Positions 1-15,355 of a DNA stretch of 64,000 nt are shown here, in pieces. Numbering within the stretch: position 1 is the first letter of the stretch; each line of letters opens with the position of its first letter. The stretch is from Octopus sinensis (taxonomy: Eukaryota), in NCBI RefSeq assembly GCF_006345805.1, contig NC_042998.1:52638001-52702000 (forward strand), written 5' to 3'. A program made the translations under genes and the position numbers. The notes beneath the pieces were generated by a model that saw only the letters and a list, made by a program, of their open reading frames with translations, had not been told where the DNA came from and searched no databases.

Positions 1-33
1 CACTCTAATTCTAACATCCTGATGGAACTAACT

Positions 34-63
34 TCAACCTCCCTTCATAAATTCATTCAGTGC
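34..63 (-). CDS. Tentative terminal coding exon of the PTP gene (ALNEFMKGG*)
   Basis: Minus strand reads ctattttgttcttttgaaagtcaacag|GCA CTG AAT GAA TTT ATG AAG GGA GGT TGA. A phase-0 join gives QYALIYK|ALNEF, matching the usual PTP C-terminal helix (QY.F.Y.ALxEY/F). Very short, would need a ~19.8 kb intron, and could be chance. Confidence 0.35.
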   Translation of the reverse strand, partial: ALNEFMKGG

Positions 64-1139
64 CTGTTGACTTTCAAAAGAACAAAATAGTAGCATAAAA
101 AAAATATTAGGAAGTGACATAAAATAAGAGGTGAACAGCCTTGTTCAAGGTGACATGCAGTACAATTAAGCCCAGAACTATGTGTTTGTTAAGTAAACAA
201 CACATTGCCATAGCAACAGTATTTTCTTTGCTTCTTGGAATGACATTTTCTTACCATTTTACTACTGACTAATAACAGTGACCATCATGTGATTAGCTCA
301 AGTCATTTAAAGAATGCATCCATGTTGACTTATTTCTAATCTATAAATTCCCAATTGATTTTGCGGTGAGAAATTTAGGATTAATTATAGAATACTTTTA
401 TATAAATAAACTAAATATAGATGTAAACACAGATATATATTTCCATATTTCTAAAACTAGATCTAGTTTCAAACACATGTACATATTAAAGTGAGGGTTA
501 TAATGACCAAAAAGAGAAACAGATGGTAGAGAAACAGAGTAAAAGTAATCTTCTGAAATGAATTTATTCCTCAGTAGAGTTTACAAGTCATCAGGCTAAA
601 AAGAAATCCTCAAGCTAGGTGTGCATCTGTATGCATGTATGCATGTTTCTCTTGTATGTGTGTATGCAAAAAAGTATTTTATTCCTGACACAGAGAAAAG
701 AAAATGCCACTTCACGAAGAGGACATGAGTAGAGGATAAGTGAGTATATCTCATAGAAAACATGTGTTAATACCATGGCTAAATCTCCTAATATAATAAT
801 GAGCATAGTACTTTTATATATTTGTATATCTATATCTATATATATATATTTGTCCAGAATCATGCCGGACGTGGAGGAGGAGAGAAAATAGTAATTCAGT
901 AAAGGAGAAGTAGTGAGAGTAATAGCCCTGACTAAGAGGGAGTGAGAAAAAGTAATAGCAATGAGAGAAAGGAAAGGGTGATAGAGGCAGGGGTGAAAAA
1001 AATCAATGTTTCAACTCTGTGTGAGTATATGTGTACATGTGTACAAGGAAAGTATGTAAATGTTTGTATGTGTGATTATTGCGTACCTTATTTTGTACCT
1101 TATTTACAAATAAAATACTGCAATTAGCCATCATTATTG

Positions 1140-1490
1140 ATGACACATGGTTACTGAAGCTCCGGCGTCTGGCGACGGACTTGGTAAATGCCCACAAAGT
1201 TGTCAACCACCTCACCAATAACAACACTGAACACCTTTTTGATCTCCATGTGTCTAACACACGTGGACATGCCTACAAAGTCAGAAAACAACACAGCTCC
1301 CATGACTTTCGGAAACATTTCTTCACGCTCAGAGTTGCTGAAGCATGGAATAAACTGCCTGTGTCAGTTGTTGACTGCCATGACACTGCATCCTTTAAGG
1401 CCCTCATGCTTTCCGAAATCCGTCGAAACTACACCTGATTATATATGCACTTTAGATGAGTTGTAGTGCACCTGAGCACTGTACACAATG

Positions 1491-1528
<38 letters not shown>
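1140..1528 (+). mobile_element. CR1/L2-type LINE 3' end (ORF2 C-terminus, 3' UTR, (TTA)n tail)
   Basis: LKLRRLATDL..AHKVV..TRGHAYKV..RKHFFTLRVAEAWNKLP..VV is the characteristic CR1-clade ORF2 end; stop at 1438, then a short UTR and TTA repeats. Confidence 0.85.
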
Positions 1529-1529
<1 letters not shown>

Positions 1530-1995
1530 ATCATAACTGATAGATGCCTACAGAATAAAACACACACATATAAACTCCCATTTTTGTTATAGAGGTTATA
1601 AATAGCTAAATTAAAGCTCCAGAAAACTTTCAAATGTTAGAGCAGATATTAGAAAGAAGCCAAACACATAGAAAGACATGTTTTATTGTTTTGGAATCTG
1701 GTTCTTGCTGCTGCCGCACCTCCACTTTTAACATCCATTTTTCTATGCTTGCATTGGTCGGATTGAATGTGGCTATTTGAAGTAGATTTTCTATGATCAG
1801 ATGCCCTTCCTGTCACCAACCTGCTGCCGTTTCCAAGCAAGGTACTATTTTCTCATAGTTAGACACATTTTCTACGAAAGACTGTAAATGAACAACCTTG
1901 CTTTTATGATGATCATTTACAACCATCATGTGATGTCTAGAGAAGACTACACACAAACACATTCACAAACTCATACACACACACACATACATACC

Positions 1996-2310
1996 TGGCA
2001 CTTCATTGGTTACAAGGACAAGGGTTCTAGTTGATCTGATCAATGGAACAGCCTGCTCATGTAATTAATACACAAGTGGCTGAGCACTCCACAAACACAT
2101 GTACCCTTAACGTAGTTCTTAGAGATTTAGTGTGACACAGAGTGCGACAAGGCTGGCCCTTTGAAATACAGGTACTACTCACTTTGCCAGCTGAGTGGAT
2201 TGGAGCAATGTGAAATAAAGTGTCTTGCTCAAGGACAAAACATGTTGCTGAGAATTGACCTCATGACCATGAGCTGAATACCCTAACCTCTAAGCCATAC
2301 ACCTTCACAT
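1996..2310 (-). mobile_element. tRNA-derived SINE, family C (V-SINE-like centre)
   Basis: Minus strand has a tRNA-like head followed by tgtccttgagcaagacactt. Related copies at 38341-38672, 37871-38250 and 45939-46283. Confidence 0.75.
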
Positions 2311-2333
2311 ATGTATGCATATATACATAATGT

Positions 2334-2700
2334 AGGCACAGAAGTGACTGTGTGGTAAGTAGCTTGTTTACCAACCACATGGTTCCAGGTTCAGTCCCAC
2401 TGCATGGCACCTTGGGCAAGTGTCTTCTACTATAGCCTCGGGCTGACCAAAGCCTTGTGAGTGGATTTGGTAGACGGAAACTGAAAGAAGCCCGTCGTAT
2501 ATATGTATGTGCGTGTATGTTTGTGTGTCTGTGTTTGTCCCCCTAGCATTGCTTGACAACCGATGCTGGTGTGTTTATGTCCCTGTCAATTAGCGGTTCG
2601 GCAAAACAGACCTATAGAATAAGTATTGGGCTTACAAAGAATAAGTCCCAGGGTCGAGTTGCTCGATTAAAGGCGGTGCACCAGCATGGTCACAGTCAAA
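2334..2700 (+). mobile_element. tRNA-derived SINE, family B
   Basis: Head with A-box-like gtgactgtgtggtaag and B-box-like ggttcagtccc, then caccttgggcaagtgtcttctactatagcc and an internal TG tract. Many copies in the window. Confidence 0.85.
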
Positions 2701-3031
2701 ATGAGAGAGAAAAAGAGAATCTATATGCATATTGATATTATTAAGATATAGAAGAGCAAAATGAGATCAAAAGTGTAATGACAGAGAGAGAGAAGAGTCA
2801 CAGTGACAAAAAAGGATGGTCAGGTATAATAGACCAGATCTTACAGCATACAACAGCAACAACAATATATGTGTGTTAATGATTACCTTAGCGTTTTCAC
2901 GGTAGTTTTCATTCAATAACTGCATTGATCACCAAAACAAAACTCATTAGCTAATTGTATTGATGACATTCCCTAGATAACTGTACCAGTTAGTATGACA
3001 ATATTTACTACATACACTCTGAGTGCACGCA

Positions 3032-3070
<39 letters not shown>

Positions 3071-3611
3071 ATGTGCATGTTTGTGTGTGTGTATGTGTGT
3101 CTGTATGTGTGTGTGCGTGTGGTGTTGTAAAATTTATTAGATAATTGTATGTTGCGAAATCAATTACAAGAAAGCTGCAGTAAATGCAATATGACAGTCT
3201 TCAGATGATACCACTACCACCATCACCAACAAGCATCACCACCATCACTGCAATATGCACTGTGGTGATATTCCTAAGAGCCTTTTGATAACTGAGTCTC
3301 CTCCGCACAAGTCATCACCTATCATTCGCCCATAATGACTAGATGGCCCTCATTGTTTCGATAGATGAACACACACACACTATTAAACTACATTCCAAGG
3401 CGGGGAGCTGGCACAATTGTTACTGCACCAAGAAAAATTCTAAGTGGAATTTTATTTGGTTTTACGTTATGAGTTCTAATTCTGCTGAGGTCCACTTTGC
3501 ATTTCATCCTTCTGGGGTTGATGTAATAAGTACTGGTTTTGGCACTGAGGATCGATGTAATTGACAAGCCCCACCCACCAATTTTCAGACCTTTTGCCTT
3601 TAATAGAAAGG

Positions 3612-3671
<60 letters not shown>

Positions 3672-3854
3672 GAGTGAGAGCAGTGCATGCCATCAAATTG
3701 ACACTGGGGTACAAATATATGAAGCAGTCTGGGTTCAAATCCAGCTAAAATCCAGCTAAAAAGCAATCCAGGGAACAGGACTGGCAGAACTCTAAGGACA
3801 TTGAGCAGCTTTGCTGTATTTGTCATGACTCCTTGTCCAGAGGAGGGTGTAAGA

Positions 3855-4470
3855 CGACTACATCAACCCCACCAGTGCTCACTTAGTACTTAACTTATCA
3901 ATTTTGAGACGTTGAAAGGACAAGTCGACCTTGACAGAATTTGAACTCAGAACGTAAAGGACTGGAAGAAATGCCTGTAAGCATTTTGTAAGATGTGCTA
4001 ACAATTCAGCCAGGCAACAGTAATAATAATTTCAAGGTCCTGCACAAGGCCAGCTATTTAGGCGGAGGGATAACTTGATAACATCAACCCCAGTGCTCAA
4101 CTGGTACTTATTTTATTGATGCTGAAAGGATGAAAGGCATAGCTGACCTTAGCGGAATTTGAACTTAAAACAAAGATGGACGAAATTATGTTAAGCATTT
4201 TCCCCAGCTTGTTAACATTTCTGCTAGCTCACCACCTTAAAGAAAACAGCAATAATCCTTTCTACTAAAGGTACAAAGCCTGAAGTTTGTGGGGAGTGGG
4301 ATAGTCAATCATATCTACCACCCATACTTGACTGGTACTTAATTTATCGACCCCAAAAGGTTAAAAGGCAAAGTTGACCTCGGTGGAATTTGAACTCAGA
4401 ATGTAAAGACTGTTGAAATGCCACTAAGCATTTTGCCCAGCGTGCTAACGATTCTACTAGATTACTGCAT
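3855..4470 (-). mobile_element. Three tandem family A SINEs
   Basis: Three head-to-tail reverse copies containing gaatttgaactc/ttag (B-box) and aaaggcaaagtcgacc-like cores. Confidence 0.8.
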
Positions 4471-5149
4471 TAAAGATAATAGTAATAATAATGTAAGTTA
4501 AAACCGCAACAACAACAAAAATTATGAGAGCTTAATCATTGACACAACAACATTCAAGTAATCTCAACTGCAATCACACGAATAGCAGAAAAGATAATAA
4601 CAACAACAAACAGACACTGTGATGAAATCAAGTGAAAACAACAAAATTACCAACAATGAACACAAAACCACCAACAAGAAAAAGAGATGAAGGGAGCAAA
4701 AATAAGACAACAATAACAACAACGACAGCTGAGACAACAAAAATATAAATAACAACAAAAGCTACAACTACACCAAAACAAAAAAAAAACAAAAAAAACT
4801 ATATATTAAATTTCAAAAATCAAATCAGTTTCCTAAATTCTGATGAGTTATCTTCCTTTGTAATCTCCCAAAGCCTAACACCTATCCATACTATGTAGAA
4901 ACCATTCCCCTGATGTTGATGCGGCCAACACCTATGCATACGGTAGACACAGCAGAAACGATGACGTGTCAGTGTCTTGAGGCCATTTATCACTGCTAAG
5001 TGATGCCGTTTGTTCAGTATCTCAGGAGTTTAATGCAAGAAACCATTGCTAGATTTCTGTTTTTTTTTTCTTATTTTTAATGAATAATGGGTGCTGAGAT
5101 GGTGAAGATATCTGACAGCCATTTCTAATAATATATACAGATTATGGGT

Positions 5150-5234
5150 ATATATGTGTCTGTATGTATACGGGTGTGCATGTGTGTGCATGTATACGGG
5201 TGTGCATGTGAGTGTGTATGCACATGTGAGCATA

Positions 5235-5268
<34 letters not shown>

Positions 5269-5325
5269 CATATATATATATACATATATATATATATACA
5301 TATATATATACATATATATATATAC

Positions 5326-5370
<45 letters not shown>

Positions 5371-5388
5371 CATATATATATATCTGTG

Positions 5389-5436
<48 letters not shown>

Positions 5437-5596
5437 TGCATGTGTATTAGTTGCATGTACATTTGTTTTTATGTTTATGTGTATGCATCGCTATATGTAT
5501 TTATGCATGTGTATGTGTGTGTATATATATATATATACATATACACACACACATGATGGTATGTATATATGTGAATGTGCGTATGTACATGTAATT

Positions 5597-5641
<45 letters not shown>

Positions 5642-5670
5642 GTGTATATATAATATATATATTTACATAC
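5150..5670. repeat. Compound (TA)n/(TG)n/(TACA)n microsatellite
   Basis: Direct inspection; source of the YIYI/VCVC ORFs. Confidence 0.95.
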
Positions 5671-6060
5671 ACACAATCACATAAACATTATTAATCTTTT
5701 ATTGATTTAATAATTTTGTTTTGTATTTCATATTCTTGCCTTTTGTTTTTATTTTTTTCTCTTTCTTATATGTTTCTTTTAAATGTCCATCTTCATTTTC
5801 ATCACTATTGCCATCACCCATACCCCCACCACCACCACCACCACCATCAACGTCCTTAAATATTTTCATCATTATCCTCTTACCCTATCACCATTAAAAA
5901 AAAAAAGAAGGAAAAGACATAGGATGATATATACCTTCTCTGGTAAAAAAAAAAATTTTTTTAAATTAGGGGTTGATTATGACGGGTATTTTTTAAAAAA
6001 TTTGCTCAATCAGAAGACCACCTTGGGCTAAATTCCATTTTCATCCCTCATCAAAATCAC

Positions 6061-6130
6061 CATTATCAATGCTACCCTCATTATCAATGCTACCCTCATT
6101 ATCAATGCTACCCTCATTATCAATGCTACC
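6061..6130. repeat. 18-bp minisatellite cattatcaatgctaccct, ~4 copies, in a CAT/CAC-rich low-complexity tract
   Basis: Exact tandem copies visible. Confidence 0.9.
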
Positions 6131-7025
6131 ACCTCCATCACCATCATCACTACCACTGCTACCATGAATATTAGTCACAGCAATCACTACTGCGGCCCAT
6201 CTCTATTATAGTCACCACCACCACCACTACCACCAGCACCAGCATCACCACCACTATTGTTGTTGTTATCGTCATCATTGTCACCGTCCTCATCATCACC
6301 ATCTCTACCACTGCTACTATCAGATAACCAATTCTTTTGCCAAAGCCAGACCACCACAATCACCAGTACCACCATTAACCAGTCATCATCATCACCATCA
6401 TCACCGTCATCATCATCATCATCATAAATATCAATTCTTTTCCTTTGTCTGCTTGGTGGAAATAAAATGTGTTGTCCATATGAGCAATGAATTATATGTC
6501 TATAGAATATGGCTATTTTGATTTTTTTTTTCCTCTCTTATTCTTTTGATGGATGTAATATAGTTATATGGCATGAAGTTCATTAACTTATTGGTGGGGT
6601 TTATATATTTTAACATGGTGTATTTTTTAACATGGTGAACTGTTCTGTGATGACTGTAAAAATAAAGAACAGAAAAACACCATCTTTGTTCTGCAAATCA
6701 TCCACATTATGCTCATGGTGTCCCTCTAGCTCCTTGCTGTCATGATGATGTTGCAGCTGATGATGTCAACAGCAATGATATTCATAATCATCCTCATTGT
6801 CATCACTGTTATGATCATGAAATTCATCATCATGAAAATCATTATCATCATCATCATCATGAAAATTGTCATCATCCTAATGAGCAATGGTATTCATCAC
6901 CATCATAATCATATGTTATCACTATCATCATCACCATTATTATCACCATCTTCACTGTTATATTCAACCTTGTTCACCATTAACATTCTGTGATGCAGCA
7001 GAGCAAGAATCACTGCCATCTAAAC

Positions 7026-8087
7026 TAGGGGCTCTCAACCATTTTTTTTTTTATCTATGGACCCATTTGATTACTGTTTTAATCTGATGGACCCCACTAG
7101 CTCTTTGATGTTTAAAAAAACTTCTTTCAAAATTCCTATTTTGTTTTCTACACATTATGTAAAATGTTACAGAAAGAAACCTCACTATTCCTTGTAATAC
7201 ACTATTCCTTGCAATACATACCAATGCATAATAATACCAAAGCAAAATTTTTCCAGGGGCCCTTAAAATACTATTGTGGTTCTCTGGTTTATTATTTTGT
7301 TGTGTAGGCCCCTAAAAATCTTGTATGAACCCCAGTTGAAGACCGTTGAACCCCCCCCCCCCCCCCCCCCCCAGTTGACAGTTGAAACCCTATTTGAAGA
7401 CAGCTGAGCCCCCGGTTGAAACCCTGGTCGAAGACAGTTACTATCTAGACCAGTGGGTCTGAACCATCTCTTGCCTGTGAACCCTTTTGATTCCTATTTT
7501 ACTCTTGTGGACCCTCATAACCCTTGATGTTTTAAAAAGATCCCATTATATTTTCATAATTAGATATTATTAGCAATTGTATAAAAAAAAAATTGAAATA
7601 TTATGTGTAGTATAGAAGTATAACTGATTTATTCTTTTATTCTTTTACTTGTTTCAGTCAATTGACTGTAGCCATACTGTAGCACCACCTTTTAGTTGAA
7701 GAAATCGATCCTTGGACTTATTCTTTGTATGCCTGGTGCTTATTCTATCTGTCTCTTCTGCCGAACCACTAAGTTATGGGGATGTAAACGCACCAACATT
7801 GGTTGTCAAGTGATGGTGGTGGTGGCACAAACACAAACATAAACACACACATAAATATATACATATATATATATATACACACACATACGACAGGCTTCTT
7901 TCAGTTTCCATCTACCAAATCCACTCACAAGGCTTTGCTCAACTTGAGGCTAGAGTAGAAGACAGTTATCCAAGGTGCTACACAATGGGACTGAACAGCC
8001 ATGCCTGTACCTATGTTACATATAATTTTTAACAACAAAATCTTGTATGGACACCAAGGGTCATATAATCCCTGATTGAGAACCACA
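7026..8087. mobile_element. Cluster of hAT-type MITE remnants with a nested family B SINE
   Basis: Termini resembling cagtggttctcaacc / ggttgagaaccactg at ~7026, ~7451 and ~8072-8087. A related copy lies in the opposite orientation at 61912-62207. Confidence 0.55.
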
Positions 8088-8446
8088 GTCATTTGACTGT
8101 GGCCATGCTGGAGCACTGCCTTTAGTCGAGCAAATCGACCCCAGAACTTATTCTTTGTAAGCATAGTACTTATTCTATCAGACTCTTATGCCGAACCGCT
8201 AAGTTACGGGGATGTAAACACACCAGCATTGGTTGTCAAGTGATGTTGGGGGACAAACACAGACATACAAACACACACACACATATATGACGGGCTTATT
8301 TCAGTTTCCGTCTACCAAATCCACTCACAAGGCTTTGGTCGGCCCAAGGCTATAGTAGAAGACACTTGCCCAAGGTGCCTCGCAGTGGGACTGAACCCGG
8401 AACCATGTGGTTTGTAAGCAAGCTACTTATCACACAGCCACTCCTA
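8087..8446 (-). mobile_element. Family B SINE, near full length
   Basis: Reverse complement of the 2334-2700 and 16449-16855 copies. Confidence 0.85.
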
Positions 8447-8989
8447 TGCTGTACAGGTATTTTAAAAGAAGATGCCAAATTAATAGACATGGTAAGGTAG
8501 TGGTTGTAAACTGCAGTGACTGAGAAGAAATATTTAAAAAGCCATGAGAATCCAATAAAAATGTAGTGTGCATGATGTAAGAGAACCTTGTTTAAGGTGA
8601 TGGCTTCTTTTTCAAAGAAAATAAGATTAAAGACATGAAAAAAAAGAAAGATGAAGGAAACAGTTCATGTAAATGATGACAAGTTGTTTAAGTTGTTCTT
8701 GGAAAGAGAACGAAAGTACGAAAAAAAAAAGAAAAAATGAGAATTAACTGTGGAGTGTACTTTATCTCTTTATCAAATATGTAATGTTGAGTAAACTATA
8801 TCATACACGCATAAGTGTGTGTGTGTGCAAATGTGTGTTTGAGAGTGCATGCATGTAAGGATAGGAGAGTATAGCATATAAGGGAAAATGAGAATGAAAA
8901 TGAGTTATTGCAAGTGCATGTGTTTGTGTGTGTGTTTGTGTGTGTGTTTGTGTGTGTGTGTGTGTCTTTTTATAGTTAGATAACTATAG

Positions 8990-9428
<439 letters not shown>

Positions 9429-9863
9429 TGCTATCAAGTTAAATGGCCATAGTCAGGAAATAAAACACCTTTAAAGAGAAATAGAATAGTATAATTGTAC
9501 ACATGTGCAAATATATAATACACATATATAGACAGGTTTAATACTTAAATGATAGACAAGGGGATTATCTCACATTGATGTCACAAATATGTTGATGTAC
9601 TACTAAAACAGATACAAAAATAAAATGAAATAAAAGCAACAGCTATGCCTGATAGGCAAAGATATTTATTTCAATTGCTATTTTAAGATATTCTTAAAAT
9701 GTAAAACGTGACATAGGAATTGATATATTCTGGTGAGACACAAATTTTTCTGAGATAAATAACATTGATCTCTTACTAGAATAAAGAATGCATTATACAT
9801 CACACCTAATACACTACAACAACCCATCCTACCTATTCACATTTTTACACACATACACACAAA

Positions 9864-9896
<33 letters not shown>

Positions 9897-9902
<6 letters not shown>

Positions 9903-10093
9903 CAGTGGGGGCTGAAAAGTTCTTGTTTTGGGGTAAAAGAAAATACAGAAGAATCAGTCGATTATGATTTTATGCAACATATCACCGCTCACATTCACAC
10001 ACTTACTGAAATGGTCCCCGTGAAAGAACTCAGAAAGTTGGGCCTCTAGCCAGGTCTTTCATGAGACCCTTAAAGCCAGGAATTTTGCAGCAT
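9897..10093. mobile_element. Mariner-derived MITE, degraded
   Basis: gctgaaaagttc start and aaagccaggaattttgcagc end; homologous to 57901-58121. Confidence 0.65.
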
Positions 10094-10954
10094 AACTTGC
10101 TGCCTCATTTCCATCGGCTGCTTGTTCAACTACATGTGTCTCACCACCGAAAAGGTAATTTTTTCCACGCTGTTGATATTGTTTTTGTGTCTCTCTGTTT
10201 GTCTCAAAGCCGTATAAATAATTGCGTCTCAATTATTAATAATTGTGTATTAAATTTGAAGGCACTAGAAGACATCACCTCAACTCATGGTATCAGAGCA
10301 AGTGTAATTCTTGCCAGTACAGCCAAATTCAAAGGGTGAATGGAAGTAAGTCACCTTTCCCCTTCTGCCAGTGTGTTGCCAAAATAAGATGCTACAGTTT
10401 TTTACTGGGAAGAAATACAATTATCAATAATAAAGGGTGAAATCAATTAATTAATTTAGAAATAATCATTAATTTCACCAAGTAGAGTTCGGCATGTAAA
10501 AGACCCATTCAAGGAAGGTTTAAGTAATACTAATTACTAATTATATACTAATTATATAAATTCAGTTTTACAAGAATATAGGGTTATTTTAAAATCGGCC
10601 ATATTTTCTGAACAACATAGTATTTTCCTTTGACTAGACAGGTTTTCTAAAAAGATTGGAGAAGACTTGCATGATGGTGAAATTAGCTTACAACACAATC
10701 ATGTGATGTCAAGGCAAGAGGATACATGTACATGCATATAACAATTCTATTATTTCTTTATATGCTTCAGCCCAAAGGCTGTGGCCAAGGTCGAGCACCA
10801 AAGTTCTTTCAGTTTCCATTTTCCAGATCCACTCACAAGACTTTGGTTGCCTTAGGGCTATAGTAGAAAACATTTGCCCCAGTTTCCATGAAGTGGGATT
10901 GAACTAGAAACCATGTGGTTAGGAGGCAAACTTCATAGCACACAGTCATGCCTG

Positions 10955-11273
10955 TACTCTCTGTGCTGGTGGCACATAAAAAGCACTATTCGAATGTGGC
11001 CGATGCCAGTGCCGCCTTGACTGGCTTCTGTGCTGGTGGAACGTAAAAAGCTCCAACTAATTGTGGCCGTTGCCAGCCCCGCCTGGCACCTGTGCCGGTG
11101 GCAAGTTAAAAGCACCCACTACACTCACAGAGTGGTTGGTGTTAGGAAGGGCATCCAGCTGTAGAAACACTGCCAGATCAGACTGGAGCCTGGTGCAGCC
11201 TCCTGGTCAAACCGTCCAACCCATGCTAGCATGGAAAACGGATGTTAAACGATGACGACAATGATGATGATGA
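10955..11273 (+). mobile_element. RTE-type LINE 3' UTR fragment with (GAT)n tail
   Basis: Same sequence as the reverse of 28797-29050 (ggaagggcatccagctgtagaaac..catgctagcatggaaa), ending in gatgatgat. Confidence 0.75.
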
Positions 11274-11952
11274 TTTATACACGCACACAGTTCCAAATAT
11301 ATATATATGGAAAATGTAAACAAAAAATGCATGCATATACAATGACACACACACACAAGCACACATTAATCAAAATATAGAATGACATATTGAAACAGTA
11401 GAGCCATTGAAAATATTCTGTTACATACCAACTTTATAAATTTTCACAATAAACTAAACGAAATGTAAACAGATGAAAATGGTTTATGTGACAAGAAAAC
11501 GCAACCACCGACCCCCCAAACTCCTATGAGCTTGCTTGTCGTAGAACAAGCTTGACTGTCTCAAAATGAAATTCTGACAAATGTTTCACGTTAGTGGACT
11601 GCTGCATATCAAGACAATGAAAAATAATTTGCTTCATGTCCTTCTCTTCGTGGCAACTATTGATTACATTAGTTCAATTGAGAGATGTATTATCAGAGCC
11701 ATTGATAGAAAGGTGACAGAAGAATAAAAAAAAAATTAAAAAAACTTAAACAAAAAACATACACACGCACACACATATATATACATACACATACATATAT
11801 ACTCATATCTACACACACACACACACATATATATGTACATAAATATACACACACATATATACACATACACATATATACACACACATATACACACGTATAA
11901 ATATACACACACACATATACACACGTACACATATATATGTATATAAATACAC

Positions 11953-11997
<45 letters not shown>

Positions 11998-14900
11998 ATA
12001 TATATATATATATATACATATGAATCTGTAAATAGATTACTAGAGAAAGAAAAATTAAACGCTATCAAAGGAATAGGAAAGAAAAATCTATAAGCAAGAG
12101 AGGACCGATGTTAGAAAGTAAGGAACAGTGATACGATGAAAGAAGAAATCAGAAAGAAGAGTAGGGAGGCTGGAAAATACGATGGTTTGTGTGGAATGGC
12201 GAATTGGGGAGAGACTGAGAAGTGAAAGCTTAAATGATCAGTTAAAGAAATAAAACAAAAATATACTAAAAATAATTTCGAAGAAAACAGCAAATGATAA
12301 GAGAATGTTGGGTGCTTGTGGATGTGTATACGTGTATGTATATATATATATATATGCGTGTGTGTGTGTGGTGTAAATGTGTCTGTTTATGTGTGTGTGA
12401 GCATATGTGCATGACTACATGTATATGTTTACATATTCATGTGCGTGTGTGTTTGTGTGCATTGGTGTGTGTGTGTATATATATGTATATATATATATAT
12501 ATAATATGTGTATCTCTATACAAGTCTGTATGTGCCTGTCTGTCTATGTGTGTAAGCATATGTGCATGGTTGTTTGTGCGTTTATGTTTATTCATGTACA
12601 TGTGTGCATATGAACACATGTGTCTAACTACATATGTATTTGTGCGTTTGTGTATATTTACAAGTGTGTGTCTGCGCTTGTACTGGCTTGTGTATGTATG
12701 TCACTGATGCAAAAGATTCCAATCTCCATTTTTATCTAGCAACAACATACTGTAACCTTATTTTAAACATATTGAAAGATGCTTTTATATTTATGTAAGT
12801 TTGTTTATTCAGTATAAAACTAAGAATGTTATTATATTTATTTACAGCAACAATAGAAGAAAATAACACAAAAGTGAAGACACAGAATTGTTTACTCGAA
12901 ATCTAGTGCTATTTGAAGGTTAACAAACACCGAATTGTATAGAAATCTGTGAAAATATACACTATAGATAAAATTATTATCTCACTTGTCATGTTCATAA
13001 AGTTGGAAGGAAATTGATAAATGAAAATTAGAGACAGAAATATCAAAGTTTCTGTAGGTGTGTGGGAGTCTGTTTACTAATTGTGCCAATGTATATCTTA
13101 GGAAGAAGGTTTTGAAAGTACAGATTGAAGGAAATAGCATGGACTAGAAAGTAAATAATAAGATTAACCCATTAGCAGCTCAAATATTCTACCTGTTTTA
13201 TTCCCGAACTGGCCAGATCTGGCCTCCCACACCTACCCTACAATGTCATTCTAAAAATAAACAAGCATATCAATGAAATCTGAAGGCTAAGACCCATCAA
13301 GCCAAGTGAGATTGTAGTCATGACAGATACCAGTGTTGTGTAACTGGCACATAAAAAGCACCCTTAAATGCAATGAATAAAAGAAGGAAAAACTACATAA
13401 GGATGCATTTTCTGTTGAAGCAGACAATCTTATACCTTACTCCTTTGACTCTTGAACTATATGCAATAAAAAACCTGAAAATTTTCTCTACAAGTACTAG
13501 GTTTCGTAATTTCTGATAGTCTGTCTTGGCATCACAGAACCATGTGGTCTTGGGTTCATCCCTACTGTGAAGCACCTTGGTCAAAGGTCTTCTACTATAG
13601 CTCCAGGCCACCTCAAGTATTGTGAGTGGATTTAGCAGACAGAAACTGAAAGCAACCTGTTGTGTGTGTTTGTGTATATATATATGTTTGTATACACACA
13701 CACATGTATGTATATATCTATGCATGTGTTTGTGTTTGTTTGTCCCCATTACTTAGCAGTTTGGCAAAAGAGACTGATTGAATAAGTACCAGGTGATGAG
13801 GTTGATTCATTCAACCAAACCTTTCAAGGCAGTGCCTTGGTCTGGCTACAATCCAGTGACTAAAACAAAGTCAATGATAAAAGAAAAGTATCTTAGCTAA
13901 AACAGTGTTCTAAAACCTAACCCTTCCCTTTGGAGTTCACTGACTCATTGACTTCTCTCTTTGAACTAGGTTGGGTGTAAATTATGACCCACCCACCTAC
14001 AACTGTCATTACCTCTACTATGTCTCTCCTCTTTCAGGTCTATGTTCATTACTTTGCTCAATCCTTCATCTTCCATAGTCAGAATAATCTTTTCTACTCT
14101 AGGCACAAGGCTTGAAATTTTGGGGGAGGAGGCCAGTCGACTAGATCGACCTCAGTACGCAACTGGTACTTAGTTTATCAACCCTCAAAAGGATGGAAAG
14201 CAAAGTCGACTTTGACAGAATTTGAACTCAGAACATAAAGGTAGATGAAATATAGCTAATTACTCTGTTTCCAGGCTGTGATTATGCTGGGACAGTACCA
14301 CCACACACACATACATACAATGAGAAAAACCCTGTCAGACAAGCAGAGTTTATCTAAGAATTGACAAATTATATATGAAGCTAGTGTATGCACTTCAGAT
14401 CTTGCCAAACTTTTAGCGTTCTTCTGTTGTTAGACTTTTAGAAAGAACTGAATTTCTGCTAAAGTTTGTTTCATTAATTAACAAAAAGTAAATAAATAAA
14501 TAAATAATAATAATAACAACAACAACATTTGTTCATTTAAATCTTTCCATAATGCTTTTAATTTTGCATCTTTTGCAAAAGATTTGCATAACAATATGTA
14601 ACAATAAACATAAATTAAAGTTCTGTAAATTATAAGTTCATCACACACAGACACAAACACATGTAAAGTAGCTCTTACACACACACACATACACACACAC
14701 ACACACTAAGAAAATGATTAGGTAGTCACATTCTGAACATCATTTTCACAGAAACTCCCCGAGGAGACTTCATTATTTCAGTAATTGCAAACATTTGTTT
14801 GTATAAATTGATTTCAAACAAACATAACAATAACTATAACAAATAAAAGCAAGCAGTGTAATTTAATTAAAAAAGAAAAGAAAAGGAAGAACTTACAGAA

Positions 14901-15355
14901 GAGACTATTTGAAAAAACAAAAGCGCAATATATATATATAATATATATATATATATATGTACATGTTAACCATTTGAAACCAAAATAGAAGTAATAGAAA
15001 ACACATGATAATTATATCAATGTCTATAAAACAGACCTAGAGCCAATGAGGAAAACTCTTCATCGTCATGTGACTAGCTAGAAACAATAGCTAAATCTCT
15101 TTTATAAAGCACCCTAAAGAGAAGTTGGACACTGTAGTCCTGGATGTACAAAATAAGATGAGCTAGTCATTATGGAATACATGTCTGCTCCATGATGGCT
15201 GACCTGAGACTGAAGAAGAAGAATAGTAGCAGCATCAATGAAATGGATGTAATCTAAGTTATGTACCAACTTTTTATAAGCATATATTTACAGAATAGAT
15301 TTAAACAAAAACATTTATTCATAATTCTTTCCTGTGTTAATATTTATCTAGTCTA

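Noticed and set aside
5030-5653. YIYI/VCVC/THTH ORFs here and throughout the window
   Set aside because: Stop-free translations of dinucleotide repeats.
7350-7372. Poly-C run as a G-quadruplex regulatory site
   Set aside because: Homopolymer inside MITE terminal repeats; nothing else supports a function.
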